64,000 nucleotides of DNA, taken from positions 6,842 to 70,841 of the forward strand of contig CAZJQI010000015.1 of the NCBI GenBank assembly GCA_964548275.1, in the 5' to 3' direction. The notes under the pieces are model-generated. The model was not told the origin of the DNA and did not search any database. It was given only the letters and a program-made list of their open reading frames with translations. Below are positions 39,044 through 49,322 of the stretch, piece by piece. Position numbers and translations under genes: made by a program. Positions within the stretch are counted from its first letter, which is position 1. Every line of letters begins with the position of its first letter. The DNA comes from an uncultured Gemmatimonadales bacterium. GTDB taxonomy: Bacteria > Gemmatimonadota > Glassbacteria > GWA2-58-10.

Positions 39044-39415
39044 ATGGAAGTCACCTGTGTTGAAGATACGCTGCAGTTTGCCGAGTGGATCAAAGTTAGC
39101 TATATCGCGCCTGGAGATACGTTTGTCTTTCCGTTAAGCTCCTTAATTAAAGTAGCAAATAACAGTAGCAAAACACTTGTTAGGGTGACAATAGACCGTG
39201 ACTTTTCTTTTCCTGGGAACAGTATGAGTTTGGTGAGTGGAAATCTTTTGACAAAATTGTTAGCCCCCGGCTCCGTTAGCGAAAACATATACTATTGGCC
39301 TGGACTAAGTGATTTTACGCTGACTTATCTTGAAAATTCTGATTCCAACTTTGTTGAAATTCAAAATATCGATATTACGCCGGGAGATACTGTTTACCTC
39401 ACATTTGAAAGATAG
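39044..39415 (+). CDS. hypothetical protein (possibly C-terminal continuation of the disrupted upstream gene)
   Basis: 123 aa ORF starting right at the end of the shifted frame. No recognisable motif. Confidence 0.3.
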   Translation: MEVTCVEDTLQFAEWIKVSYIAPGDTFVFPLSSLIKVANNSSKTLVRVTIDRDFSFPGNSMSLVSGNLLTKLLAPGSVSENIYYWPGLSDFTLTYLENSDSNFVEIQNIDITPGDTVYLTFER

Positions 39416-39538
39416 GAAAATACTTTTCTTCAGAAAGATATCATAACAGGTAACTTAACTTCCCAGGCCCTGGAGCCTAGCCAGGAATATCAAATAAGGA
39501 AGATTGATTCACAAAACCATTAAGAAGGAGTAAAAGCA

Positions 39539-42058
39539 GTGGAAAACTTTATTGCGAGATTAACCAGGAACACTCTGTTCTCTTTGAGTGTCTTCGCTTC
39601 ATTGTGCCTCACCAATTTCTCCTTTGCCCAGGTTGAGGTTACCGAGAGCCCCGAGATAACGAAAGCATATAATATCATGGGCTATGTCCGTGATGCGGAA
39701 ACCAATGAAGCGCTCCCCTTTGCCAACGTGGTAATCCTCGGCACGCGCTTCGGGGCGGCAACAAACTCCAGCGGTTACTTTGTCATCGTAAACGCGCCGG
39801 CGGATACCTGCAGGTTAAGGGTGATGTATGTGGGTTACGCCCCTCAGGAGATTGTGGTAAATAACACCAGGCCTTTGTCAAGACCGCTGATTATCAAAAT
39901 GAAGCGGGAAACCATCGAGCTGGATGGCATTGTTGTATCAGCACCGGTGCAGATGATGGAAGTTTCCGATGTCCCAAGCCAGCTGGCGATATCCCCTGTG
40001 GAGATCACTGTTCTTCCGAATGTCGGAGAAGTCGATATTTTCCGTTCCCTTCAACTGCTTCCCGGTATCAGCGGCGTGGATGACGGTTCCTCAGGGCTGT
40101 ACGTGCGCGGAGGAACCCCGGATCAGAACCTGATACTATTCGACGGCATGACAATCTACCACGTGGATCATTTTTTCGGCTTTTTCAGCGCCTTTAACGC
40201 AGACGCGATCAAGGATATCCGTATTTATAAGGGCGGCTTTCCGGCTGAATTCGGAGGGAGAACATCCAGTGTCGTGAACCTTACCGGCAAAACGGGTGAT
40301 GTCAATAAAGTGCGCTATGGGATGGGGCTCAATCTCCTGAGCGGCCATGGAGTCGTTGAGGTTCCGCTCTCCGATAAAGCCAACTTTATTCTCTCTGCCC
40401 GGCGCTCCTATACCGATCTGGTAAGAAGTGTCCTTTACAATAAGCTGTTCGATTTTATGTCAGGTGCCAGCCAGAAGACCGGAGTAGGAACTCCCGGGTC
40501 TGTAACAGACCCCAATATTACCATGGGTGAAGAGAATCCCGACTTCTATTTCTACGACTTAAACAGCAAGCTCACCCTTACCCCGAGTTCCAAAGACATT
40601 ATTTCCCTGAGTATTTACAGCGGTCGCGACAACCTGGGCCAGTACCAGGAGTTAATAGGTAGCGAATTTGAATACCTTGGAGAAGAAGCGCCGTTTAAAG
40701 ATCCTGACGCCGCCTTGCAAATCGGGCAGATAACCAAGTGGGGTAATCTCGGTATCAGCGCCAAATGGTCCCGCAAAATTCATGACCGTTTCTACTCCCA
40801 TTTGTTGCTTTCCCATTCTTCCTATTTCAGCAAATATGACATGAACCGGTCTTTTAACTCCACTTCCGGGCTCGACAGCCTGAACTTTTTCCGTGGAGCC
40901 GCGATTTCCTCTGTTGAAGATAATAAACTGGAAGACATGAGCCTCCGGCTTGACAACGAATGGCACCTGACAAACTCCCACGACCTGAAAATCGGCCTGG
41001 GGTTTTCCCGCTACGATGTGCACTATTTCTCCACGTTGAACGATACAGTCGATCTGGTCAGGCGTGAAACGCAGGCTAAGCAGGGCTCCTGGTACCTTCA
41101 GGATCTGTGGAAACTCACCCCTGACATTGAGCTTACAGCCGGATTGCGGGGAACATACTACCAGAAAACCGGCTCAATCTACTATGAGCCGCGGTCCTCG
41201 CTCGTTTATTCACTGTCGGAATATTTTATGCTGAAAGGAGCCTGGGGACGCTATTACCAGTTTGTTAACCGGATAGCCAATGAAAATATCCTGGAGGGCA
41301 GCAGGGATTTCTGGATTCTTTCGGATAACTCGCTCGAACCGGGTTATGCCGAGCACTGGATCGCCGGCGCAAGCCTTGAAAATGACGGTTATCTGCTCGA
41401 TGTTGAAGGTTATTACAAGGATCTGAAGAAAGTGGTGGAATATTCCCGACGGGCCAGTTACGCCAGGGGGATATTGTTAAGAAAGCAGAGCGGAGAGCAG
41501 TTACGGGGAAGCGGCTTTTTCCAGGGCGGCGGTTTCGCCAGGGGAGTTGATATCCTGGTCCAGAAAAAGAGGGGCAGGCTGACTGGATGGATCGGCTACA
41601 GCCGCGGTAAAGTCACTTATGAATTCCCCGAACTGAATAACGGCAAGCCATACCCTGCCTCGCATGACAGAACCCACGAGGTGAGTATTGTGGGTAAACT
41701 GTCGTTAAAGAATTGGGATTTGTCCGCTACATGGGTTTATGCCACAGGGAAAGCCTACACCGTTCCGGAAAGCCAGTATTACCTCCAATTCAAGGACGGC
41801 ACCAAGAGAGGCTATATCCATATCAGCGATAAAAACTCCTATCGCCTTCCCGACTACCACCGTCTGGATGTGAGCCTGTCGCGCAGTTTCGAAACCCGGT
41901 CCACTAGATACATACTGGGCTTTTCAATGTTCAACCTGTACAATAATACCAATATTTGGTACCGCCAGTTCAACCTGGATACTGTCCCTGTGGCGGTAAC
42001 TGATGTCAAGATGCTCGGTGTCACACCAACAGTTTATTTACAGGTTTATTCAAGGTAA
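39539..42058 (+). CDS. TonB-dependent outer membrane receptor with N-terminal CarboxypepD_reg domain
   Basis: 839 aa. Signal peptide. YVRDAETNEALPFANVVILGT...GYF (CarboxypepD_reg), plug region and C-terminal beta-barrel. GTG start after an AAGGAG Shine-Dalgarno sequence. Confidence 0.75.
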   Translation: MENFIARLTRNTLFSLSVFASLCLTNFSFAQVEVTESPEITKAYNIMGYVRDAETNEALPFANVVILGTRFGAATNSSGYFVIVNAPADTCRLRVMYVGYAPQEIVVNNTRPLSRPLIIKMKRETIELDGIVVSAPVQMMEVSDVPSQLAISPVEITVLPNVGEVDIFRSLQLLPGISGVDDGSSGLYVRGGTPDQNLILFDGMTIYHVDHFFGFFSAFNADAIKDIRIYKGGFPAEFGGRTSSVVNLTGKTGDVNKVRYGMGLNLLSGHGVVEVPLSDKANFILSARRSYTDLVRSVLYNKLFDFMSGASQKTGVGTPGSVTDPNITMGEENPDFYFYDLNSKLTLTPSSKDIISLSIYSGRDNLGQYQELIGSEFEYLGEEAPFKDPDAALQIGQITKWGNLGISAKWSRKIHDRFYSHLLLSHSSYFSKYDMNRSFNSTSGLDSLNFFRGAAISSVEDNKLEDMSLRLDNEWHLTNSHDLKIGLGFSRYDVHYFSTLNDTVDLVRRETQAKQGSWYLQDLWKLTPDIELTAGLRGTYYQKTGSIYYEPRSSLVYSLSEYFMLKGAWGRYYQFVNRIANENILEGSRDFWILSDNSLEPGYAEHWIAGASLENDGYLLDVEGYYKDLKKVVEYSRRASYARGILLRKQSGEQLRGSGFFQGGGFARGVDILVQKKRGRLTGWIGYSRGKVTYEFPELNNGKPYPASHDRTHEVSIVGKLSLKNWDLSATWVYATGKAYTVPESQYYLQFKDGTKRGYIHISDKNSYRLPDYHRLDVSLSRSFETRSTRYILGFSMFNLYNNTNIWYRQFNLDTVPVAVTDVKMLGVTPTVYLQVYSR

Positions 42059-42068
42059 AGAGGGGATT

Positions 42069-42929
42069 ATGAAATATTTATATGGTTTTTTAATATTTGC
42101 CTGCCTGGCAATAATTAGCGGCTGCTCTGATAAACTCACCTTCGAGCCGGAGTACCATCTGGTGGTGGTCCAGGCCTACCTTTATGCAGGCCAATCGGTC
42201 AAGGACGTCCTGGTAACTTCCACTCTCGGCCTGGGCAGTACGGATACTATTCCCCCTCCGATCTCCGAAGCCCAGGTGCAGCTTGTCAAGAACGGCCTTT
42301 GTTATATGCTTCAACCGTCGTGGTATAAAAAAGGGTACTATATATATACAGGTGATTGCCAGGAATGCCCGGTGGGTGATTTGACCGTGGAAGAAGGGGA
42401 TGAATTTACCCTGGAGGTTATTTACTACGATAAAGTGGCAACTGCCACAACGGTTGTTCCGGCGCCGCCTGCCGGAGTAGAGATTACTCCCGAAAATTTG
42501 TCCGTGTCAGCAGCCTCATACTCCGGCACTGGAGAATTCAGTCCCGGAGGGTTTATGGCTGAGGATCCAAACACCGCTCTGACAGTCAGTTGGGAGGATG
42601 ACGGCAATTCGATGTACTATGTAACATTGGAGCATAAATATAAACTTGCTGAACCTATAGTTCCGGATTATCCGTTTCATTATACACCTGAATTTGCCTC
42701 GGCACCCTTCACAGGCGGTAATTTCTCGATCGGCTGGATAAATATCACCCATTACGGAGAATATCGGCTGCAGGTATACAAGCTCAACCGGGAATATCTG
42801 GAGATGTATCTTTCACAGAGTCAGGACTCGCGCGATCTCAATGAGCCGCTGACCAATGTTGACAACGGCCTGGGAATTTTCACCGCGCTCAACAGCGCAA
42901 CGGTCTATTTCCAGGTTGAAAAGCAGTGA
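42069..42929 (+). CDS. lipoprotein partner of the TonB-dependent receptor (possibly DUF4249-like)
   Basis: Internal ATG with a GAGGGG Shine-Dalgarno sequence gives MKYLYGFLIFACLAIISGCSD (lipobox). Immediately downstream of the receptor, a common arrangement. Confidence 0.45.
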   Translation: MKYLYGFLIFACLAIISGCSDKLTFEPEYHLVVVQAYLYAGQSVKDVLVTSTLGLGSTDTIPPPISEAQVQLVKNGLCYMLQPSWYKKGYYIYTGDCQECPVGDLTVEEGDEFTLEVIYYDKVATATTVVPAPPAGVEITPENLSVSAASYSGTGEFSPGGFMAEDPNTALTVSWEDDGNSMYYVTLEHKYKLAEPIVPDYPFHYTPEFASAPFTGGNFSIGWINITHYGEYRLQVYKLNREYLEMYLSQSQDSRDLNEPLTNVDNGLGIFTALNSATVYFQVEKQ

Positions 42930-43201
42930 ATCCTGATTCGGCAATCACCTGGAACTGGCTGATCTCTCTGCGGGTGAGGCGAAAATATTTTTTCCCTGAT
43001 CTGATCCGGGTACCGGCAGACTGAATTGAATCTGTGAGCGAGCCTGCGGCAGCGGCCCGGAAAGATAAAACACCATCAGACGGCCTTGAATTTCTTGACA
43101 TATATAAATTTTTTGCTTATAAAAACAATTCCACGAATTTTACAAGGTAATCATCGTAATCCTCAACTAAAATTCATTTTACCTTTTACAAGGAGGAGTA
43201 T

Positions 43202-43858
43202 ATGAGTTTCTCTCCCTTTTACAGTAGAAGGGCTTTCTTAGGCAGAATTTCTGGTCTGTCGGCTCTGGCTGCTCTTTTTCCTTTCAAGCTTTTCGGCATT
43301 TCTGAGTTTGTCAAAAACAAATTCGGGGAGAGGATGATCGAGCGGTATCCTCCTTTTAACGATGCTCGGAGCAAGAAAGTAATCTTTGTTGCCCACTGTA
43401 TTATCAACATGAACGCGCGATGCAATGGTTCTGGGGTAGCGCCATCCGCCATGGAGAAGATACCTGAATTTCTCCTGAAGCATCATATTGGAATAGCGCA
43501 GATGCCCTGTCCTGAACTCGGATGCTTGGGGCTGGGTCGGGAGGGGAACATCTATGATCAGCTTTCAACTCCCGGAAACCGCAAGTACCTTAAGTCTCTC
43601 GCACAAGATGTAATTTATCAGGTTAAGCAATACCGGAAACAAAATTTCAAAGTGCTGGGGGTGCTCGGGATTAACTGCAGTCCGAGTTGCGGAGTGGACT
43701 GCCACGCCGATAATGGAAGCAAGCCCGGAAAAGGTGCCTTTATGGAAGAACTGACAGAGGCCCTGGAAGCGGCAGGGCTGGAAATGCCGGTTATTGGAGT
43801 GATGAATGCAGAGGCTGATAAGGCCGTGGCCCAGCTCGAGAAACTCGACCCGTCCTGA
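43202..43858 (+). CDS. DUF523-like protein with twin-arginine (Tat) signal
   Basis: SRRAFLGRISGLSALAALFP Tat motif. VAHCIINMNARCNG and MPCPELGCLG resemble the two Cys motifs of the DUF523/YbbK family. Confidence 0.4.
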   Translation: MSFSPFYSRRAFLGRISGLSALAALFPFKLFGISEFVKNKFGERMIERYPPFNDARSKKVIFVAHCIINMNARCNGSGVAPSAMEKIPEFLLKHHIGIAQMPCPELGCLGLGREGNIYDQLSTPGNRKYLKSLAQDVIYQVKQYRKQNFKVLGVLGINCSPSCGVDCHADNGSKPGKGAFMEELTEALEAAGLEMPVIGVMNAEADKAVAQLEKLDPS

Positions 43859-43894
43859 GAAATTTGCCCGGATATGACTGGATTACAGGCGGGC

Positions 43895-44075
43895 CGTGAT
43901 TTAATCGAAAAGAATTCCTCGGAGCTTTGCTCCGGTGTATCCCACTCCTGAGACAAACGTAGGGGTAACCGGCAGGTTGCCCGCGGGATTGGGATGAAAT
44001 TGTGGCATCAAATTTATAAAAAGAATTCCAAACAGATACTCCGCGGCTTGCCGCGGGGTAGTTCATTGATTTGGA
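43895..44075. repeat. dispersed repeat family B, copy 1 (hairpin modules ...CGAAAAGAATTCC-CGGAGC..GCTCCGG... and ...CCGCGGC-TTG-CCGCGGGGTAGTTCATT)
   Basis: Shares ~30-40 nt modules with 55225-55390 and 57050-57430. Compensatory hairpin change (ccgcggcttgccgcgg versus ccgcagctctgctgcgg). Confidence 0.5.
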
Positions 44076-44367
44076 AAGAGAAAAACATGGCCAGCCAACT
44101 TGCGCTTTGCAGATAAAAAGAATCATTTTCAAATTTTTCAGAGCCGAATATGCCTCGGTAACCCCCGCACGCTCTTTTTTCTTTACGCTTCTTGTAGTAT
44201 TATATAAACCTGTAATTTTTATGTATCCATTTGCCAGAGATATTTGTCTAATAGATAACCTCGGCCCAGGTCGAATCCCTTTGAAAAATAGTAGCCAGGT
44301 TAAAAGAAATTATTATGCTGAAACCGATCCGCCCCGGCAAAATCCAGGTCAGCCAGGTGAGTTTTCG

Positions 44368-45594
44368 ATGAGAGGAATTATCCGAATTTCGAAGTGTTTC
44401 CCCAAAGCTCTCTTTTTCTCTCCACTTATACTGTTTTTAAGCTGCGCATCCAGTGACTCTCAGCGCATGTCGATAACTTTTAAAGCTGCCCGCCAGAAGT
44501 TTACAATCACTGCCCAAGCCGAGGGAGTGATTGAAGCCCAGAGGTCTCATGTGCTTGTCAGTCCGAGAATCTGGCCGCATCGACCCGAGATTTCTTACCT
44601 GGCTCTGGAGGGTTCATTTGTCAAAAAGGACGAGGTAGTAGTGGTGTTGGCCTCGGATAAATTTGAAGCGGATCTCGAGAATGCCCTGCAGGAGCTTGCA
44701 GTAGCCCGATCCGAGGTCAAGAAAACAGAAGCTGAACAGAATCGCCAGCGCTCACAGCTGGAAGCTCAGATTAAGAGCGCCGAGGCGGCTGCTGCCTCTG
44801 CCAGGCTGCAACTGGCAAGGCTGGAATTTGTCGCACCCAGAGAACGGGAAATAAAAAAGCTGGAAATCGCCCGGTCCGAGAAACAGGCTGAGAAAAGTCA
44901 AAAAAAACTGGCGTTCCTCCAGGCTGTTCAGAAAGAGGAACGTACGCAAATAATCCTGCAGGTGAAACAGGCACAAAACAAAGCCGACATGGCCCGCCGT
45001 AATCTGGAGCAACTAACGCTCAGGGCTCCGGTTGACGGCTTTGTAGTCTATGAGAGAAACAGGATGACAGGAGAGAAGGTCCAGGAAGGCGATGCCTTGT
45101 TCCCGGGCATGTCGATAGTCAAAATCCCGGACATCTCTGTATTACAGGTCAAAATGCTATTGAGCGAAACCGAGGTGCAGAAACTGAAAGAGGGGCAGCC
45201 TGCCACAGTGAGGATTTTCTCGCTCGGCGATTTCTCGCTGCCCGGCCATGTGTCACAGGTGTCGAAAGTGGCCCGGCAAGTCAGGCGCGGCTCCCAGGTT
45301 AAAACAGTGGAGACCAGTGTGGTGATCGATACTACCGCGGAGGGATTGGTGCCGGGATTGACCGCTCTGTGCTCCATAATAACCGAGGAAGTTTCCGATG
45401 CTGTTGTCATTCCCCTGGATACTGTATTTGAAAAAGACAGCCTCCATCTGGTTTACGTTCGCGAGCAAGGGTATTTCAAGTCCCGGGAGGTGATCCTGGG
45501 TCCCAAGGGCGCGGATTTTGCAGTTGTAAATTCCGGGCTCGCGGGAGGGGAAGAACTGGCCTTGGGTGAACCAGCGCCCTCCCAACTTAGATAG
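44368..45594 (+). CDS. HlyD/MacA-family periplasmic adaptor (membrane fusion protein) lipoprotein, adaptor 1
   Basis: Internal ATG gives MRGIIRISKCFPKALFFSPLILFLSCASS (lipobox). Coiled-coil hairpin and beta-barrel regions typical of membrane fusion proteins. Confidence 0.65.
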   Translation: MRGIIRISKCFPKALFFSPLILFLSCASSDSQRMSITFKAARQKFTITAQAEGVIEAQRSHVLVSPRIWPHRPEISYLALEGSFVKKDEVVVVLASDKFEADLENALQELAVARSEVKKTEAEQNRQRSQLEAQIKSAEAAAASARLQLARLEFVAPREREIKKLEIARSEKQAEKSQKKLAFLQAVQKEERTQIILQVKQAQNKADMARRNLEQLTLRAPVDGFVVYERNRMTGEKVQEGDALFPGMSIVKIPDISVLQVKMLLSETEVQKLKEGQPATVRIFSLGDFSLPGHVSQVSKVARQVRRGSQVKTVETSVVIDTTAEGLVPGLTALCSIITEEVSDAVVIPLDTVFEKDSLHLVYVREQGYFKSREVILGPKGADFAVVNSGLAGGEELALGEPAPSQLR

Positions 45595-45656
45595 ATAACC
45601 GGTCCTTTGACAGACCGGCAAACAAATCCAGTAAGGATAGATTCAAGGAGTGTCCT

Positions 45657-46907
45657 GTGTTAAGGCATCTTATCCGACTTCATTGTTTAATCGTTTTGGG
45701 CTTTCTGGTTTCCTGTGGCTCTGGTGGGGAGAGAAACATCGAGGTATATTCTGTCAAGCGCGGCGAGTTTGTAAATTCGATAACAGTTACCGGGGAGCTG
45801 GAAGCTGTTAACTCCCAGGTTATTTTCGCCCCATTTCTGCGCTGGTCCAGGGGGACTCCCAAGATCGCCAAGCTGGTCGATGACGGCAAACAGGTCGAGC
45901 AAGGAGAATTGCTCGTTCAGTTTGATGCCTCCGAAGTCCAGAAGGCTATTTCAGACGCCGAAGCAGAACTGGAAATCGCCACTGCCGAACTGGTCAAGGC
46001 CAAAGTCAGTAACGAATCGGACATGGCTGACCTGTCTGCGGACCTTGAAATAGCTGAACTGAGCTACAAGATCTCCAAACTGAGACTGGAACAGGCCTCT
46101 TTCAAAGCGGAAATCGAACGTAAAAAGATCGAACTGGACCTCGAGAAAGCGTCCATCCAGTTAGAGCAGGCAAGAAAGGATATCGAAAACAGGAAGAAAG
46201 TGCAGAAGGAGGAAGTCAGTAAGCTGGAACTGAAAGTCCAGCAGGCCCGGACAAGGCTCCAGCAGGCAGAGGAAACCCTGGCCAGTCTCACCATTTACGC
46301 GCCCTCTCCCGGTATTGCGATCATCCGAAGAAATCGTAGGACAGACGAAAAGTTTCAGGTGGATGACCAGGTCCACCCGGGTTGGTCCTTAATCGGATTG
46401 CCGGACCTGAGTTCAATGGAGGCGGTAGTGGAGATAAACGAAGTAGAGATTTCCAAAATAGAGCTCGACCAGTCCGCCCGGGTCAGGCTCGACGCCTATC
46501 CGGACACCAGCTTTCAGGGCCATGTAATGGAAATCGCCACTCTCGCCAGGAATAAAAGAAGAAATTCAAAGGTAAAGGTCTTCGACTCCACGATCCTTCT
46601 GGACGAAAACGATGAAAAACTAATGCCGGGCATGACTGTAAATTGCGAAATAATTGTCGGCCGGGTGCACGACACCCTATTCATACCCCTTGAGGCGCTC
46701 TTTATTAAAGACAGGGAGAATGTAGTCTACGTGCAGAACGGCTCGGATTTCGAAGAGCGCAAAGTCGAAACAGGAATCGAAAGCGATAATTACGTGATTA
46801 TCGCCGAGGGCCTGAAAGAGGGTGAACGCATAGCTTTGATCGATCCAACGCTTGAGATAGAAGAAGCTGAAGAGAAAGTGTCTTCTTCAGAAGAAAAGGA
46901 AAAATAA
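45657..46907 (+). CDS. HlyD/MacA-family periplasmic adaptor lipoprotein, adaptor 2
   Basis: 416 aa, lipobox FLVSCGSG, GTG start after a CAAGGAG Shine-Dalgarno sequence. Long coiled coil. Confidence 0.65.
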   Translation: MLRHLIRLHCLIVLGFLVSCGSGGERNIEVYSVKRGEFVNSITVTGELEAVNSQVIFAPFLRWSRGTPKIAKLVDDGKQVEQGELLVQFDASEVQKAISDAEAELEIATAELVKAKVSNESDMADLSADLEIAELSYKISKLRLEQASFKAEIERKKIELDLEKASIQLEQARKDIENRKKVQKEEVSKLELKVQQARTRLQQAEETLASLTIYAPSPGIAIIRRNRRTDEKFQVDDQVHPGWSLIGLPDLSSMEAVVEINEVEISKIELDQSARVRLDAYPDTSFQGHVMEIATLARNKRRNSKVKVFDSTILLDENDEKLMPGMTVNCEIIVGRVHDTLFIPLEALFIKDRENVVYVQNGSDFEERKVETGIESDNYVIIAEGLKEGERIALIDPTLEIEEAEEKVSSSEEKEK

Positions 46908-47911
46908 TGCACTGGCGCAATTTTGTACTCTTGACAGGTCTGATCTGCTTCCACACTGCCTGCAGTTGCCGCGATGAAGGCAGGCAGGCTGACCGGCAGG
47001 AGCAGGGCCGGTTCCATCGGACATTCACTGAAACCGGGGAGCTGCGGGCTGTCCGGAATACCGCTGTCTCCATGCCCCGGTATGGCTGGGAATATGGACA
47101 GCCCCAGATTACTTTCCTGGAAGAAGAGGGTCTGGTGGTTGAAAAAGGCCAGGTCATTGCAGAAGTTGAGACTTCCGGTGTGCTCAAAGTTTTGGAGAGT
47201 AAAAAGGCGGACCTGGCGATTGCACAGGCCGATCTGAATAAAATGAAGGTGGATCACGAATCGAGAGTGGAGCAACTGAAGGGTGAGCTCCAGTCAGCCC
47301 TTTCGTCTTTTCAACTGGCCCAGATCGACACGCAGCGTGTCAGGTATGAATCCGACACACGGAAAGAAATTGCGAAGCTTGATCTCGGGAGATCATTAAT
47401 CACCCTGCGCAAGATCAAGGAAAAAATCGAATCCACGCACCGGATTCAGGAACAGGACCGGATAATCCAACTGACCAAGATCGCTCGGACCCACTTCGCC
47501 ATAGAGACCGCAGAAAAGACTATTGAGAATTTTTCCCTGCGGGCTCCTGCAAACGGTATGATCGTTTACAACGAAAACTGGATAACACATGAAAAAGTGC
47601 GCGTGGGCGATCAGCTCTTCCCCAACATGCCTGTTATTAGGCTGCCGGACCTTTCACAGATGAAAATCCAGACCTCAGTGAATGAAATAGATGTCCAGAA
47701 AATCGACCTCGGCCAGAAAGTCGTGGTGCGACTGGACGCTTTCCCGAAAATCGCCTTCGATGGAGTGATTACTTTAATCAGCCATATCTGCCACCGCAAG
47801 GACAGGAACTCGGAAATCAAGGTGTTCGATGTGGAAGTGCTTCTGGAAAAGACACAACGCATCCTCAAACCAGGAATGACAGTGAGCTGCGAATTCCTGC
47901 TATCTGGGTAG
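46907..47911 (+). CDS. HlyD-family periplasmic adaptor lipoprotein, adaptor 3 (short)
   Basis: 334 aa, lipobox HTACSC. Start overlaps the adaptor 2 stop (TAATG). Confidence 0.6.
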   Translation: MHWRNFVLLTGLICFHTACSCRDEGRQADRQEQGRFHRTFTETGELRAVRNTAVSMPRYGWEYGQPQITFLEEEGLVVEKGQVIAEVETSGVLKVLESKKADLAIAQADLNKMKVDHESRVEQLKGELQSALSSFQLAQIDTQRVRYESDTRKEIAKLDLGRSLITLRKIKEKIESTHRIQEQDRIIQLTKIARTHFAIETAEKTIENFSLRAPANGMIVYNENWITHEKVRVGDQLFPNMPVIRLPDLSQMKIQTSVNEIDVQKIDLGQKVVVRLDAFPKIAFDGVITLISHICHRKDRNSEIKVFDVEVLLEKTQRILKPGMTVSCEFLLSG

Positions 47912-47989
47912 CTTTTAAACGTCTTATCGAAAATGTGTTCAGTTTTTTGAAAGATAGCATCTTGAAAGTATACCTGAAGGGATTAGGGT

Positions 47990-49228
47990 ATGGAACCCCG
48001 CGAGTATTTACGCATGGGCCTGGAGGGCCTGACAGATCACAAACTCCGCTCGTTCCTGACAATGCTCGGGATTATTCTCGGCGTAGCATCTGTAATTGCG
48101 ATGCTCTCTATCGGGGAGGGAGCCAAAAGAGAGGCCCTTGAAAAATTCAAGATCCTCGGGGTGAATAATATCATTGTCCGCGACAAAGCTCTCAGCGATC
48201 AGGAACTGGAGGAGGTCCGCGCCAAGTTCTCGCCAGGTCTCTCGCTCAAGGATGCTGATGCCATCCAGGCGATAATTCCCACAGTAGAGAACGTTGCCCC
48301 TCAGGCCGAATTCGAAATTGAAGCCAGGTACGAGGATAAATCCGCAAAAGCTACTCTGGTCGGTATCACGCCTGTAGTTCTGAATATCCTCAACTATGAA
48401 CTCGAACTCGGCACTCTGCTCACAGAGGATCATTACCAGCGGGAAATGCGTGTCTGCCTCCTGGGCGCGGAGGTGGCCAAAAGCCTTTTTCCCACTGAAG
48501 ACCCGCTCGGAAAGCGAGTTAAGCTCGAAGATCAGTGGTTCCAGGTCCAGGGTGTAATGGTCAGCAGATCTCTCTACACCGAAACAGTGGGTGAGCTTGC
48601 CGCGCGAAACCTGAACCAGGATATATACATTCCTTTATCGTCTTTTCTAAGACGGTTCACCAAAGAGGAACTGCTGGCCAGCCAGATTGACCAGTTGACT
48701 GTCAAGGTCAATGAATCGAGCCAGCTCGTTGAAACAGGGGCGATCATCCGCCGCATCCTTGACCGCCGCCATTATAGAAATAAGGACTTCGACATAGTGA
48801 TTCCCTACGAACTGCTGAAACAGGAAGAAAAGGAGAGACGGATTTACAACCTGGTACTGGGTTCTATTGCCGCTATCTCACTGCTTGTCGGCGGTATCGG
48901 AATCATGAATATCATGCTGGCCACTGTGCTGGAACGCACGCGCGAAATCGGCGTTCGCCGCGCTCTGGGTGCAAAACGGAAAGATATTCTCAACCAGTTT
49001 CTTATTGAAGCAGTAGGGCTGAGCCTTGTCGGGGGAACTATCGGAGTGTTTCTCGGGATAGCTATGTCAGAGGTGGTAAGCAATATCGGCGAGTTCGGAG
49101 CGATTGTCTCGCCTTTCCACGTGCTGCTCGCTTTCTTTGTCTCAGCGGCCGTAGGTGTAATTTCAGGCACGTTTCCAGCCCGGCGCGCGGCCAATATTGA
49201 CCCGATTGAAGCGCTTAGGTATGAATAA
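47990..49228 (+). CDS. ABC transporter permease, MacB/FtsX family
   Basis: 412 aa. N-terminal transmembrane segment, large periplasmic domain, C-terminal FtsX 3-transmembrane bundle (REIGVRRALGAKRKDIL). Confidence 0.75.
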   Translation: MEPREYLRMGLEGLTDHKLRSFLTMLGIILGVASVIAMLSIGEGAKREALEKFKILGVNNIIVRDKALSDQELEEVRAKFSPGLSLKDADAIQAIIPTVENVAPQAEFEIEARYEDKSAKATLVGITPVVLNILNYELELGTLLTEDHYQREMRVCLLGAEVAKSLFPTEDPLGKRVKLEDQWFQVQGVMVSRSLYTETVGELAARNLNQDIYIPLSSFLRRFTKEELLASQIDQLTVKVNESSQLVETGAIIRRILDRRHYRNKDFDIVIPYELLKQEEKERRIYNLVLGSIAAISLLVGGIGIMNIMLATVLERTREIGVRRALGAKRKDILNQFLIEAVGLSLVGGTIGVFLGIAMSEVVSNIGEFGAIVSPFHVLLAFFVSAAVGVISGTFPARRAANIDPIEALRYE

Positions 49229-49322
49229 TCTTCCGTTCAGTATGTTGCTTTTACGCCTAAGATTGCTCACCGTTTAAATCAAATCGAATAAATCCTGTAA
49301 AATTGTTGCCAGAGGTAAAACA

